A stretch of DNA of 64,000 bases. Source: an uncultured Veillonellaceae bacterium. GTDB lineage: Bacteria; Bacillota; Negativicutes; JARBTT01. This document shows, one piece after another, positions 1 to 11,073 of this stretch. Every line of letters starts with the position of its first letter. The stretch's first letter is position 1. The notes below the pieces were generated by a model. The model saw nothing but the letters and a program-made list of their open reading frames with translations. It was not told the DNA's origin and ran no database searches. The DNA lies in contig CAWDTA010000002.1 of NCBI GenBank assembly GCA_963805085.1, positions 1,632,001 to 1,696,000 on the forward strand, in the 5' to 3' direction. The translations under genes were made by a program, and so were the position numbers.

Positions 1-17
1 TTCTTTGTTAATAGTAG

Positions 18-221
<204 letters not shown>

Positions 222-289
222 AATAAAGAAACGCTGGGGCAGGACACGGAAGCTGTCCTCTTTGGCGTTTTTCAAAGGAGATATGCAAA

Positions 290-1645
290 ATGAATTGTAG
301 AAAATTTCTTTGTACGGGTATAGCCAGTGTGTTCATGGCTGGAATGCTGTTCGGTTCAGGTGTATCCGTTGAAGCGGCTGCCAAAGCAGCACCCTCGTAT
401 CGTACGGTTACAGAGGTCTATGACTGGGGTGCAGCAGTTTCCAAGGTTATCGTTGACCTAGGAGAGGATGTCTCTGCAAACGCAGTGGATAATGGGACGT
501 TCAAAGTCTATGCAAAACGTGTTTTAGCTGAAGGTGCAATGACACCGAAGCAGGCTATGCAGGCGAAAAACAAGATTTCTTTAGGCTCAGAAGCGCAGAA
601 AGACAGTGATCTTGAAGGGTATCGTGAGATCACGAAAGCTTATGTATCCGATGCTGACGGTAAAGCTGTTGACAAGGAACGCTATGTGACCATTGAGATG
701 AAGGTTGGTCCGGATATTGCCATCGGCTCGGCACTTAATTTTGACGTAAATAGTTTTTTTAATAACTGGGTAAAACCGGAATATACGATTACACAGACGA
801 AAGCCGCCGATTCGGTCAAAGGGCTGGTAATTGATAATAATAAGGAAAATGTGCGTCCGATTGTCGATAAATTCAGTTATGCACATAAGATTTTTGGTCG
901 CTTGTCCTATGGCTATGCAAGCTACGAGCCGAAAGATAACGAAAAACATCCGCTGATTCTCTGGCTTCATGGTATGGGAGAGGGTGGAACCGATAGTCCG
1001 TCAATTCCAATTTCGGCCAATAAGGCGGATATGTTTGCGGATGATTCCCTGCAGTCGCATTTTGGTGGTGCTTATGTACTTGTACCGCAGGCACGTACCT
1101 ACTGGATGCATGGTTATAAAAATTTTGGGGATGGGACGTCTATCTATGAAGAAAGTCTTATGCAGCTCATTGAGGCTTATGCCGCTGAACATCCGAATGT
1201 CGATAAGAGTCGTATTTATATCGGCGGGGATTCCAATGGCGGTTATATGACAATGCTGATGATTCGCGATTATCCTGAGTATTTTGCAGCAGCTTTTCCA
1301 ACCTGTGAGGGGCTGGCGGATAAACTGATCAGCGATGCGGATATTGGAGCGTTCAAGAAGACTCCAATCTGGTTTACTGCAGCGAAGACGGATACGACGC
1401 TTCCACCAAAAGACTATGTTGTGCCGACCTTTCAGCGTTTGCAGGCAGCTGGTGCGACGAATGTTCATTTCAGCTTTTTTGACAATGTTGTTGACCAGAC
1501 GGGCTTGTATAAAAAGGCGGATGGCTCAGCATTTGAATATCCTGGTCATTGGTCTTGGATTTATGTGTACAATGATCAATGTGAGGATACCATCGGTGGA
1601 AAGACTGTAAAGCTTATGGATTGGCTCGCAGCACAGAAAAGATAA
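290..1645 (+). CDS. Secreted alpha/beta-hydrolase (esterase/peptidase S9-like) with N-terminal Ig-like domain
   Basis: Sec signal (K/R-rich N-terminus, hydrophobic core, VEA-AA); LHGMGE oxyanion motif; GGDSNGG nucleophile elbow; GHWSW catalytic His; AAGGAG RBS. Confidence 0.8.
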   Translation: MNCRKFLCTGIASVFMAGMLFGSGVSVEAAAKAAPSYRTVTEVYDWGAAVSKVIVDLGEDVSANAVDNGTFKVYAKRVLAEGAMTPKQAMQAKNKISLGSEAQKDSDLEGYREITKAYVSDADGKAVDKERYVTIEMKVGPDIAIGSALNFDVNSFFNNWVKPEYTITQTKAADSVKGLVIDNNKENVRPIVDKFSYAHKIFGRLSYGYASYEPKDNEKHPLILWLHGMGEGGTDSPSIPISANKADMFADDSLQSHFGGAYVLVPQARTYWMHGYKNFGDGTSIYEESLMQLIEAYAAEHPNVDKSRIYIGGDSNGGYMTMLMIRDYPEYFAAAFPTCEGLADKLISDADIGAFKKTPIWFTAAKTDTTLPPKDYVVPTFQRLQAAGATNVHFSFFDNVVDQTGLYKKADGSAFEYPGHWSWIYVYNDQCEDTIGGKTVKLMDWLAAQKR

Positions 1646-1657
1646 TAATTTTTATAA

Positions 1658-3085
<1,428 letters not shown>

Positions 3086-3169
3086 ATAAAATGCAGGAGT
3101 ATGGCGTTGACGCTGTACTCCTGATGGTATAAAAAAGACAGATGATTCTGAAAAAAAGGAGCAGGTTTC

Positions 3170-5560
3170 ATGAAAAAAACAGCAGCATTAGCATTTACGA
3201 TAGCTTTGGTCCTTGCTGGTGTACAGGTACAGGCCGCCAAGGCGCCTGTTGAGAAAACCACTGCAGACGGCTATGAACTTGTCGAAAATATGCATGGGCC
3301 GGAGCTGGGATATTCGAAAGATTCCGGGGTAAAGCTTCTGATCGTGGATGAAAAAGCCTTCAAGGATATGAACCGCAATGGTAAGCTTGATAAATTCGAG
3401 GACTGGCGCCTTACGCCGCAGCAACGTGCTGAGGATCTTGCCCAGCAAATCAGTATCGATCAGATTGCCGGTCTTATGCTCTATAGTATGCATCAGCGCA
3501 ATCTGCAGCCGGAGCTCAATGATGCGCAGAAACAAATGCTGAGCCAGGATAACGTGCGTACCGTACTGAATGCTGATACCGGGGCAAGCATTGAAACTAC
3601 GGCAAAATGGAACAATGCAATGCAGGCCTATACAGAAGCGCAGCCGTTTGCGATTCCGGTCAACACAAGCTCCGACCCGCGCAATGATGCGCGCGGCGAT
3701 GGTGTGTACCTCAAGGGAACGACGGGTGGTGTATCCCGCTGGCCGAGTAACCTGGGGCTCGCGGCAACTTTTGATTCGTCGATTGAAAAACACTTTGCTC
3801 AGGTCTATGCGAAAGAATACCGTGCTATGGGCATAGGTACAGGGCTTTCACCGCAGATTGACTTAGCAACTGATCCACGTTGGCCGCGGTTCTATGGCAC
3901 ATTCGGTGAAGATCCGGCACTTTCCCGGGATATGGCCCGGGCCTCGATTGATGGTGCACAGTCCACAGTGGACGCAGTAGGGAAAGATCTTGGCTGGGGC
4001 AAGAATAGCATCAATGCCATGATGAAGCATTGGCCAGGCGATGGTGTCAGTGAAGGCGGTCGCGAAGCACATTCGAAATATGGAAAATATGCGGTTTATC
4101 TGGGAAATAATTTTCAGACACAGCTGATCCCATTTGTTGAAGGTGGCCTGAAGCTTGATGGCAAGACAAAAGTGCCAAGTGCCGTGATGTCGTCGTACTC
4201 GATTGCCTGGTCCGATGATGGTTCGTTGGGAGAAAAAGTTGGCAGCGCTTATAGCAAGTATAAATTGGATCTTTTGCGCAACAAATACAAATATGATGGC
4301 GTTATCTGTACGGATTGGGGTGTCACGCATTCACCGGGTGAGGGCGTAGCTGGTCTTTCCATGGCATGGGGCGTTGAAGATGGTTATACGGAAGCCGAAC
4401 GTCACTATAAAGCCCTCATGGCCGGTGTTGATCAGTTCGGTGGTAACAATGTGAAGCAGCCGGTGCTTGATGCCTATGCGATGGGCATAAAAGAACATGG
4501 CGAAGCCTTTATGCAGAAGCGTTTCCGTACATCCGCTACTCGTTTGCTGCGCAATATTTTCCAACTTGGTCTGTTTGAAAATCCGTATCTTGATGTACAG
4601 CAGAGTGTAGCGACTGTCGGCAATGCAGCCGATTTAGCAGCAGGCTATGATGCCCAGCTCAAATCCATCGTCATGCTCAAGAATAAGGGGGGCGTGATTC
4701 ATGCTGCAGCTGGTCAGGAAGTACAGAAACCAACGGTGTACATTCCGATGGTGTACCGGCCAGTGATTGTCAATAAACGTTTTGAAACCTATACCGCAGC
4801 GAACTGGAGTCTGCCAGTGAATCTTGCCGTTGCTCAGCAGTATTTCAACGTCGTGACAGACAGTGTTCCTTCACTTAGTGAGAAAGATAAGGATGGGAAA
4901 CCGATGGCTGATGTGCAGGATATTGTGCGTCTCAATCCAGTAGAAGTTGCAAAATGTGATGCTGTGCTGGCTGTGGTTGATACTCCGACCCCAGAGGGCA
5001 ACAATTTTGATGGTATTGGTTATGCCGATGATGAGGGCTATATTCCAATCTCTTTGCAATATGGTAAATATACGGCAGACTCCGCTGCTGTACGCAAGAC
5101 CTCTATTGCAGGAGATCCGGGCGAAAATCGGTCCTATTATGGAAAAACGGCACGTACCATCAATTCACATGATCTCGATGGTGTAGTTTATGGTCGTGAT
5201 TGTGCGGCAAAGTCTGGTAAAAAGATGCCGATCATCACGCTGGTCAAAGCAATGAAGCCGATGATCTTCAGTGAGATTGAGCCGCTTTCGGATGCTATTC
5301 TTATGGGATTCAGTGTCAGTGATCAGGCGTACTTTGATATCCTTACCGGCAAGACCGAGGCGCAGGGGCTTTTGCCAATGCAGCAGCCGAAGGATATGAT
5401 CACCGTAGAAACACAACTGGAGGATGTACCACGAGACATGGTATGCTATAAAGACAGCGAAGGGCACAGCTATGACTTTGCTTACGGCATGAATTGGAAG
5501 GGTGTCATCAATGATGCAAGAACTGCAAAATATAATGTGTCGGTGCTCAAAGCAAAATAA
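3170..5560 (+). CDS. Secreted GH3 beta-glucosidase
   Basis: Sec signal (MKK, hydrophobic core, VQA-A); DPRWPRFYGTFGEDP, MKHWPG and ICTDW nucleophile motif. Confidence 0.9.
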   Translation: MKKTAALAFTIALVLAGVQVQAAKAPVEKTTADGYELVENMHGPELGYSKDSGVKLLIVDEKAFKDMNRNGKLDKFEDWRLTPQQRAEDLAQQISIDQIAGLMLYSMHQRNLQPELNDAQKQMLSQDNVRTVLNADTGASIETTAKWNNAMQAYTEAQPFAIPVNTSSDPRNDARGDGVYLKGTTGGVSRWPSNLGLAATFDSSIEKHFAQVYAKEYRAMGIGTGLSPQIDLATDPRWPRFYGTFGEDPALSRDMARASIDGAQSTVDAVGKDLGWGKNSINAMMKHWPGDGVSEGGREAHSKYGKYAVYLGNNFQTQLIPFVEGGLKLDGKTKVPSAVMSSYSIAWSDDGSLGEKVGSAYSKYKLDLLRNKYKYDGVICTDWGVTHSPGEGVAGLSMAWGVEDGYTEAERHYKALMAGVDQFGGNNVKQPVLDAYAMGIKEHGEAFMQKRFRTSATRLLRNIFQLGLFENPYLDVQQSVATVGNAADLAAGYDAQLKSIVMLKNKGGVIHAAAGQEVQKPTVYIPMVYRPVIVNKRFETYTAANWSLPVNLAVAQQYFNVVTDSVPSLSEKDKDGKPMADVQDIVRLNPVEVAKCDAVLAVVDTPTPEGNNFDGIGYADDEGYIPISLQYGKYTADSAAVRKTSIAGDPGENRSYYGKTARTINSHDLDGVVYGRDCAAKSGKKMPIITLVKAMKPMIFSEIEPLSDAILMGFSVSDQAYFDILTGKTEAQGLLPMQQPKDMITVETQLEDVPRDMVCYKDSEGHSYDFAYGMNWKGVINDARTAKYNVSVLKAK

Positions 5561-5584
5561 AGGTTGATTTCTGGTATTCAGTTT

Positions 5585-5623
5585 TGGCGGTTTGCAGTTG
5601 TTGGATTGCAAACCGCCATTTTT
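5585..5623 (+). terminator. Rho-independent terminator after the GH3 gene
   Basis: tggcggtttgca...tgcaaaccgcca stem followed by a T-run. Confidence 0.75.
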
Positions 5624-5772
5624 AGGCTCTATAATAAATGTTGCAACCTTGATTTTCATCAAGACCACAACATCTATTATAGAGCCTAGAGTATGGAGAA
5701 TTGGCAAAAGCCATCATTTAAAATGTTGGCGGGAAAGAAAATGTAATATCGTTAGCGCACTGTTATACGAGA

Positions 5773-6264
5773 TTGCGTTTCAAATTACATGATGAAAAGA
5801 AAACGGCGACAGAGGCTATTGATACAAACCGTATCTATATCGGCGGAGATTCCAATGGTGGGTATATGACAATGCTAATGATTCGCGATTATCCAGAGTA
5901 TTTCACAGCGGCTTTTCCGACTTGTGAAGCTTTGCGAGATAATCTCATCACAGATAGCGATATCCAGAAGATGAAGGAAGTGCCGATTTGGTTCACGGCG
6001 GCTAAAACTGATGGGGTCGTACCACCAGACAAATATGTAGTACCTACTTATAAACGCTTGTTAGCTGCCGGAGCGAAGAATGTACAGTTCAGTTTCTTTG
6101 ATAAGGTCCGCGATACGACGGGGTTATACAAACAAGCAAATGGAAAACCGTTCGAGTATAACGGACACTGGTCTTGGATATACGTTTACAACAATGAAGG
6201 TATAAGTACGATTGATGGTCGTGAAATTACGCTTATGGAATGGCTTGCTACGCAGCATAAATAA
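5773..6264 (+). pseudogene. 5'-truncated paralogue of the esterase at 290-1645
   Basis: From about 5820 it matches the C-terminal third of ORF 290-1645 (RIYIGGDSNGGYMTMLMIRDYPEYF, GHWSWIYVYN). The signal peptide, Ig domain and LHG motif are missing; weak TTG start. Confidence 0.8.
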
Positions 6265-6431
6265 TATATAGTTAAATGTAATCTCTTATAGTTAAACTCA
6301 TAGCTCAGCTCTTCTATTTTGTGAAAGCTGGGCTATTTTGATTACAATAAATTATAATAATGGAGTAGATATTTTTGTTTAAAGTCTTAATGCAGAATAA
6401 AATCTAAATTTAACTTCACCTCAAAATTAAG

Positions 6432-6451
6432 TACTTACAAAAAAGTAGGTA
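6432..6451. promoter_or_regulatory. Probable HxlR-family operator
   Basis: Imperfect palindrome TACTTAC-aaaaaa-GTAGGTA upstream of the HxlR-family gene. Confidence 0.5.
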
Positions 6452-6557
6452 ATTGTCTAGGGCTAATCGTGGTATTATAATAAGATTATAGCCAAAGATA
6501 AAGCAGTAGAAAATTGGATGAACTGATAACAAGATAAGCTTTGCGAGGGAGGATATT

Positions 6558-6959
6558 TTGAAAATAAGGGAAAAATATACTTGTCCATTAGAATTAACAC
6601 TTGATATGATATCAGGAAAATGGAAGCCTATTATCATGTGGAGACTTCGTTTGGGGAATCAGCAGCTTTCGACGTTACATAGAGATATCCATGGGGTCAA
6701 TCAAAAGATGCTCATACAGCATTTAAGTGAATTGGTCGATTGTGGAATCGTCAATAAGAAAGTGTATGAAGGCTATCCGCTAAAGGTAGAGTATTTCCTT
6801 ACTGAGCTTGGTTGGAAATTTATGAAGGGATTAGAACTCTTTCAGAACATCGGCCAAGAAATACTAGGCGGGGATGCAACATTACCCTCTTTGATCAATG
6901 AGCTTAAGAGGGCAAAAAGAAAATATCCAAGCAGTGTAAATTCTTCATATAGTAGTTAA
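6558..6959 (+). CDS. HxlR-family winged-helix transcriptional regulator
   Basis: CPLELTLDMISGKWK...KMLIQHLSEL...YPLKVEYFLT; GGAGG RBS before TTG. Confidence 0.9.
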   Translation: MKIREKYTCPLELTLDMISGKWKPIIMWRLRLGNQQLSTLHRDIHGVNQKMLIQHLSELVDCGIVNKKVYEGYPLKVEYFLTELGWKFMKGLELFQNIGQEILGGDATLPSLINELKRAKRKYPSSVNSSYSS

Positions 6960-7001
6960 GTTGTATGGTACTTATTAAAATAGTGAGAGGATGAATGTAA
7001 A

Positions 7002-7547
7002 ATGGTATTGATTCATTTAGCAGACGGTTTTGAAGAAATTGAGGCAATTAGTGTGATTGATGTTTTACGCAGAGCAGAAATTGAGGTGAAAACAGTTTCA
7101 ATCATGGGGAAAAGAGAAGTGCTAGGCGCGCATAATATTATGGTGATGGCTGATGTTTTATATGAAGATGTTGATTATGCAGGTGCGGATATGATCATAT
7201 TGCCAGGTGGTGGCGTGGGAACACAAAACCTAGATAAACATGCTGGTTTAAATGAACAGTTATTATTAGCAGTAAAGCAAGGGAAATGGGTTACAGCAAT
7301 CTGCGCAGCACCAACTGTTTTGGGCAGATTAGGCATTCTCAAAGGGAAGAAAGCTACTTGTTATCCAGGCTGTGAGCAGGCTTTAGAAGGCGCAGATGTA
7401 AGTTTGCCAGATAGTTCAATCGTTGATGGTAAGATTATTACTTCACGTGGACCTGGGACTTCACTACATTTTGCATTCACAATCGTAGAAGTGTTGAAAG
7501 GTGCAGAAATGGCAAATACGTTAAGAAAGCAAATGATTATTGGATAA
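7002..7547 (+). CDS. DJ-1/PfpI family glyoxalase/deglycase (YajL/ThiJ-like)
   Basis: GFEEIEA, ILPGG, AICAAP (catalytic Cys) and TSRGPGT motifs. Confidence 0.9.
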   Translation: MVLIHLADGFEEIEAISVIDVLRRAEIEVKTVSIMGKREVLGAHNIMVMADVLYEDVDYAGADMIILPGGGVGTQNLDKHAGLNEQLLLAVKQGKWVTAICAAPTVLGRLGILKGKKATCYPGCEQALEGADVSLPDSSIVDGKIITSRGPGTSLHFAFTIVEVLKGAEMANTLRKQMIIG

Positions 7548-7634
7548 AATGCTGCTTTAAGGGAAGGTTTCGTAAGGTGTTGCAGTCCCTTAAATTTATC
7601 AGTGTATATTCTTCAATGTTTTACCTAGCTAGCA

Positions 7635-7741
7635 TATAAATGGAGACTTAATTCAGACAAATTTTAATACCGCCTGAATTGTAGTCGTAATTATCTAGGG
7701 GAAAACGCGAGCGTACTAGAGCGGTTTAGTCATCGGATAAA
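7635..7741 (+). repeat. Degenerate copy of a Firmicute intergenic palindromic repeat (MITE-like)
   Basis: tataaatggagacttaattcag...ctgaatt...tagagcggtttagtcatcggataaa with internal aattcag/ctgaatt hairpin arms. Resembles, from memory, a multicopy clostridial/Negativicute repeat ending GTCATCGGATAAA; not verified by search. Confidence 0.45.
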
Positions 7742-7760
7742 TAGTAGGAGTTTACAATTT

Positions 7761-8639
7761 GTGAAAAAATATAAAAAAATTTATTTGGAAATAACTAATG
7801 TATGCAATTTAAAATGTGATTTTTGTCCAGAGACCAAGCGGAAAGCTGAATTTATGGCAGAAGATACATTCAGATACATTCTAGATCAAATCAAACCATT
7901 TACGGATTATATTTACTTGCATGTAAAGGGCGAACCATTGTTGCACTCTGCTTTGGACAAATTTTTAGATATCAGTGCCGTAAAAGGGTTTAAAGTAAAC
8001 ATTACGACAAATGGTACCTTAATCGATAGAGTCGTCGATACTTTACTCGTAAAACCTGCACTTAGGCAAATTAATTTTTCCTTGCATAGTTTTGATAGCA
8101 ATCAACAAGAGGTATCAAAAGATGACTATATTGATAGTGTTTTAAACTTTTCTCGCAGAGCCGCTTTAGAGTCAAATCTCATTCTATCCTTGCGATTATG
8201 GAATTTAGAGGAAGCTTTATTAACCGAGGATCAAAGAAAAAGAAATTTAGATATTATTCATAAAATTGAAGAACACTTTCAATTGCCTTATCAAGTGCAG
8301 GGGAATTTATCGGAGGGCAAGGCCTTGAAACTAGGAAAGCGTGTATATTTGAATCAGGATTATGAATTTCAATGGCCAGATTTAAAGGCAGAAGAGAATT
8401 TTGCGAAAGGCTCTTGCTATGGGTTAAGAAATCAAGTTGCTATTTTAGTGGATGGCACAGTTGTCCCTTGCTGTCTTGATGGCGAAGGCATCATTGATTT
8501 AGGGAATATTCATCAAGAGAAGTTTTCTGATATTATCTATGGAGAAAGAGCAGAGAGTATCAGACAGGGATTTTGTAATCATACTGTGGTTGAAGAACTT
8601 TGTAGAAAATGTGGTTATAGGAAAAAATTTAGTAAATAG
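7761..8639 (+). CDS. Radical SAM protein with SPASM/twitch domain
   Basis: CNLKCDFC (CxxxCxxC), GEPLL, ITTNG; C-terminal C...DGTVVPCC...LGNI...CRKC. Confidence 0.88.
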   Translation: MKKYKKIYLEITNVCNLKCDFCPETKRKAEFMAEDTFRYILDQIKPFTDYIYLHVKGEPLLHSALDKFLDISAVKGFKVNITTNGTLIDRVVDTLLVKPALRQINFSLHSFDSNQQEVSKDDYIDSVLNFSRRAALESNLILSLRLWNLEEALLTEDQRKRNLDIIHKIEEHFQLPYQVQGNLSEGKALKLGKRVYLNQDYEFQWPDLKAEENFAKGSCYGLRNQVAILVDGTVVPCCLDGEGIIDLGNIHQEKFSDIIYGERAESIRQGFCNHTVVEELCRKCGYRKKFSK

Positions 8640-8670
8640 TGTTGGTGACATGGCTTTATAGGCAATAGCG

Positions 8671-8716
8671 AAACAGGCATAATTACATGAACATCATGTA
8701 ATTATGCCTGTTTTTT
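8671..8716. terminator. Bidirectional terminator between convergent genes
   Basis: Perfect long stem aaacaggcataattacatga/tcatgtaattatgcctgttt. Confidence 0.8.
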
Positions 8717-8748
8717 AGAATTTTGGCAGAAATGTAGTGAGCAGAATA

Positions 8749-9873
8749 TCACTTATTTTTACAACTGAGGGAATTATGTCTCTTTGGATTTTTCATCAGC
8801 TTCCTTAGATAACAGACAATCAATGCAATGAAGGGCACAATGATTTGTATCGGAAAATTAATGCGGAGAGGATTTACTTTTAGCCCTATGATAATGTGCT
8901 CTGGGTAATTTTTTGCGATGAGCATGGAAATGATCACAATTGCTATACCAAAAGGTATTGCCAGATATTTCGGGTCTTTTAACTTTATCAGCTGAGATGT
9001 CCCCAACATGGCTGCATAGGTAAGAAGACTTACTTTAAAGAAACCGCCTATTATCATAGTGATAACTACAAATATGTCCAATTTACTCAAAAAACCTAGT
9101 TGTATAAGACGTGTGGAATCAAAAAAAGGAAATAAGGTCGAAGTTGCACCTATTATGCCTAAGCTAACAATAAACATAATTGTATTTAGGGAAAGAAAGA
9201 TCCCCAAAAATAGGACGGCAAGTAGCGACATTTTTCGTACTTTGGTGGGATCATTGACAGCGGAGTAGAACATAGTGAAGATAATGGTCTCACCGTAAGG
9301 AAAGGTAACAAGCAGCCAGCCATCTTTTATGAGGGAGGGGAGGTCTTTTTCAAGAAAAGGTTTTAAATTTTGAAATTTTACCACATCGGGTGTTGCAGAT
9401 AGTGATAGAAATAATACAATAAAGATAACAATCCATAGCGGTAGTATGAGCTCAGCTGCCCGTGAAATATTTTCCACACCAGAAAATGCCCCATAGACAA
9501 AAATTACGGTCAATGTTATGGCGATTATAAGTGGGAGCATATCAGGCATTGAGCTAATCAGTATGAGTTCTGTAAAGTCTCTGATGATTCTCCCTGCTTG
9601 ATAGGTAAAATATATAATATATAGGATACTCACAAGAGAGCCTATATATATGCCAAAAATTTTAGGCATATAGGTAACAATTGTATCATTAGGGTATTGA
9701 TAAAATAGTTTTATATACATAAGCTGTTCTATTATACCTACTGGTATATAAAAAAGTAGTACCAGCCATGCATCCTGTTTTGCATCAGGCGTGAGAAAAA
9801 AAAGTACAGAACTGCCAAATGAAAATAATATCATAGCTGCAAAGAACTGATATGGAGATATTTTTGTTTCCAT
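8749..9873 (-). CDS. gerKB: Spore germination receptor B subunit (GerAB/GerKB, APC-like permease)
   Basis: Multi-TM protein; AKQDAW and FPYGET motifs; third gene of the ger operon. Confidence 0.88.
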   Translation of the reverse strand: METKISPYQFFAAMILFSFGSSVLFFLTPDAKQDAWLVLLFYIPVGIIEQLMYIKLFYQYPNDTIVTYMPKIFGIYIGSLVSILYIIYFTYQAGRIIRDFTELILISSMPDMLPLIIAITLTVIFVYGAFSGVENISRAAELILPLWIVIFIVLFLSLSATPDVVKFQNLKPFLEKDLPSLIKDGWLLVTFPYGETIIFTMFYSAVNDPTKVRKMSLLAVLFLGIFLSLNTIMFIVSLGIIGATSTLFPFFDSTRLIQLGFLSKLDIFVVITMIIGGFFKVSLLTYAAMLGTSQLIKLKDPKYLAIPFGIAIVIISMLIAKNYPEHIIIGLKVNPLRINFPIQIIVPFIALIVCYLRKLMKNPKRHNSLSCKNK

Positions 9874-9886
9874 AGTTAGCCTCCGG

Positions 9887-11041
9887 TTAATAGGTCGGTT
9901 TAGTTATTACCCCTATCCTTTTTATACTAGAATGTACTTCGATTTCTACCTCAAGTTCAGGCAAAACTTTGCTCCAATTTCCCTCTAAGTCTTTCCATTC
10001 CTTAGGATAGTCCCTGTGTATTGTTTCACCAAAGTCAAAGATATCTGTATTGAAGGTCGTTTGCGCTGCATATAAGGCTTTCTCCACTTCTTTCTTAATG
10101 ATTTCATTTTCCATTTGTTCAAACTCTGCTAGTATTTCGGGATTTTTCATAGGATCAAAGTCTCCGGTCATATCCGCTATAGTTCCTGTATTGTGGATGA
10201 TGATCTGTATTAGGGGCTTATTATCTTTCATGATAGGCTTTACCGTACTATGTGCAGAAACAAGCTTTATTGTTATCTTATCTTTATTAGATACCGGGAT
10301 TATAATATTTCTCATTCTAACCTTATTTCGTATCCACTGAACGCCCCTTATTTCTTCTTCACCCATTATATATCCCGCAAATGTATCTTTTTTAAATACC
10401 GCAATTCCTATCATGTTAAATACTTTATCCTTTTGTTCATTTTCACGCAGACTAATAACTCCTGCCATGGGTGATGCCGTTTTGCTGCCTAATGATGTGA
10501 AAAATTCTATACTATTAATGACAGGGATATAGCCATAGCTTGATTGTAATTTTAATATGTCATTAATGGCATTCGCAGGAACCGGATCTTCTGGCGTTGT
10601 TGTTTTTATTATTTCAGCCGCCTTGCCATTTGTAACAAGGATGGCTATATTCGTGTGAATTTCATAGCTTCTTATAATAAAATCAATAAGTTCAGCGACT
10701 CCTGCTTTTGCCATATCTTCACCGATTACGATAAATTTTACATGTGCTAATACTAACTTCTTACCTAATTGTTTTGACAAATGTTCTAAGGCATCAGGTA
10801 CGGTATTCCCGGTACTGGTTAATACTAGGACATCGGTTTGCTGCTTATCGCCCTTACCTTCACCAGAAGACTGTTTGGTTGTTTTTAATACCTGCGTAGA
10901 TACCATATATTTACCATCCTCTGTAATATCAATACCAAAGGTTGTTGCTATAGCTAATTCCTCAATCTCAGTTTTTGACCTACAACCTACGGATAAAAAC
11001 ATCATCATAAGAATGATAAAAAATGCAATTATTTTTTTCAT
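9887..11041 (-). CDS. gerKC: Spore germination receptor C subunit (lipoprotein)
   Basis: Lipobox-like LSVGC; EIEELAIATTFGID; DIFDFGE...YPKEW motif. Confidence 0.88.
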   Translation of the reverse strand: MKKIIAFFIILMMMFLSVGCRSKTEIEELAIATTFGIDITEDGKYMVSTQVLKTTKQSSGEGKGDKQQTDVLVLTSTGNTVPDALEHLSKQLGKKLVLAHVKFIVIGEDMAKAGVAELIDFIIRSYEIHTNIAILVTNGKAAEIIKTTTPEDPVPANAINDILKLQSSYGYIPVINSIEFFTSLGSKTASPMAGVISLRENEQKDKVFNMIGIAVFKKDTFAGYIMGEEEIRGVQWIRNKVRMRNIIIPVSNKDKITIKLVSAHSTVKPIMKDNKPLIQIIIHNTGTIADMTGDFDPMKNPEILAEFEQMENEIIKKEVEKALYAAQTTFNTDIFDFGETIHRDYPKEWKDLEGNWSKVLPELEVEIEVHSSIKRIGVITKPTY

Positions 11042-11073
11042 GGGGGACTCCTTTTCTTATTTCCCTAGATGGT

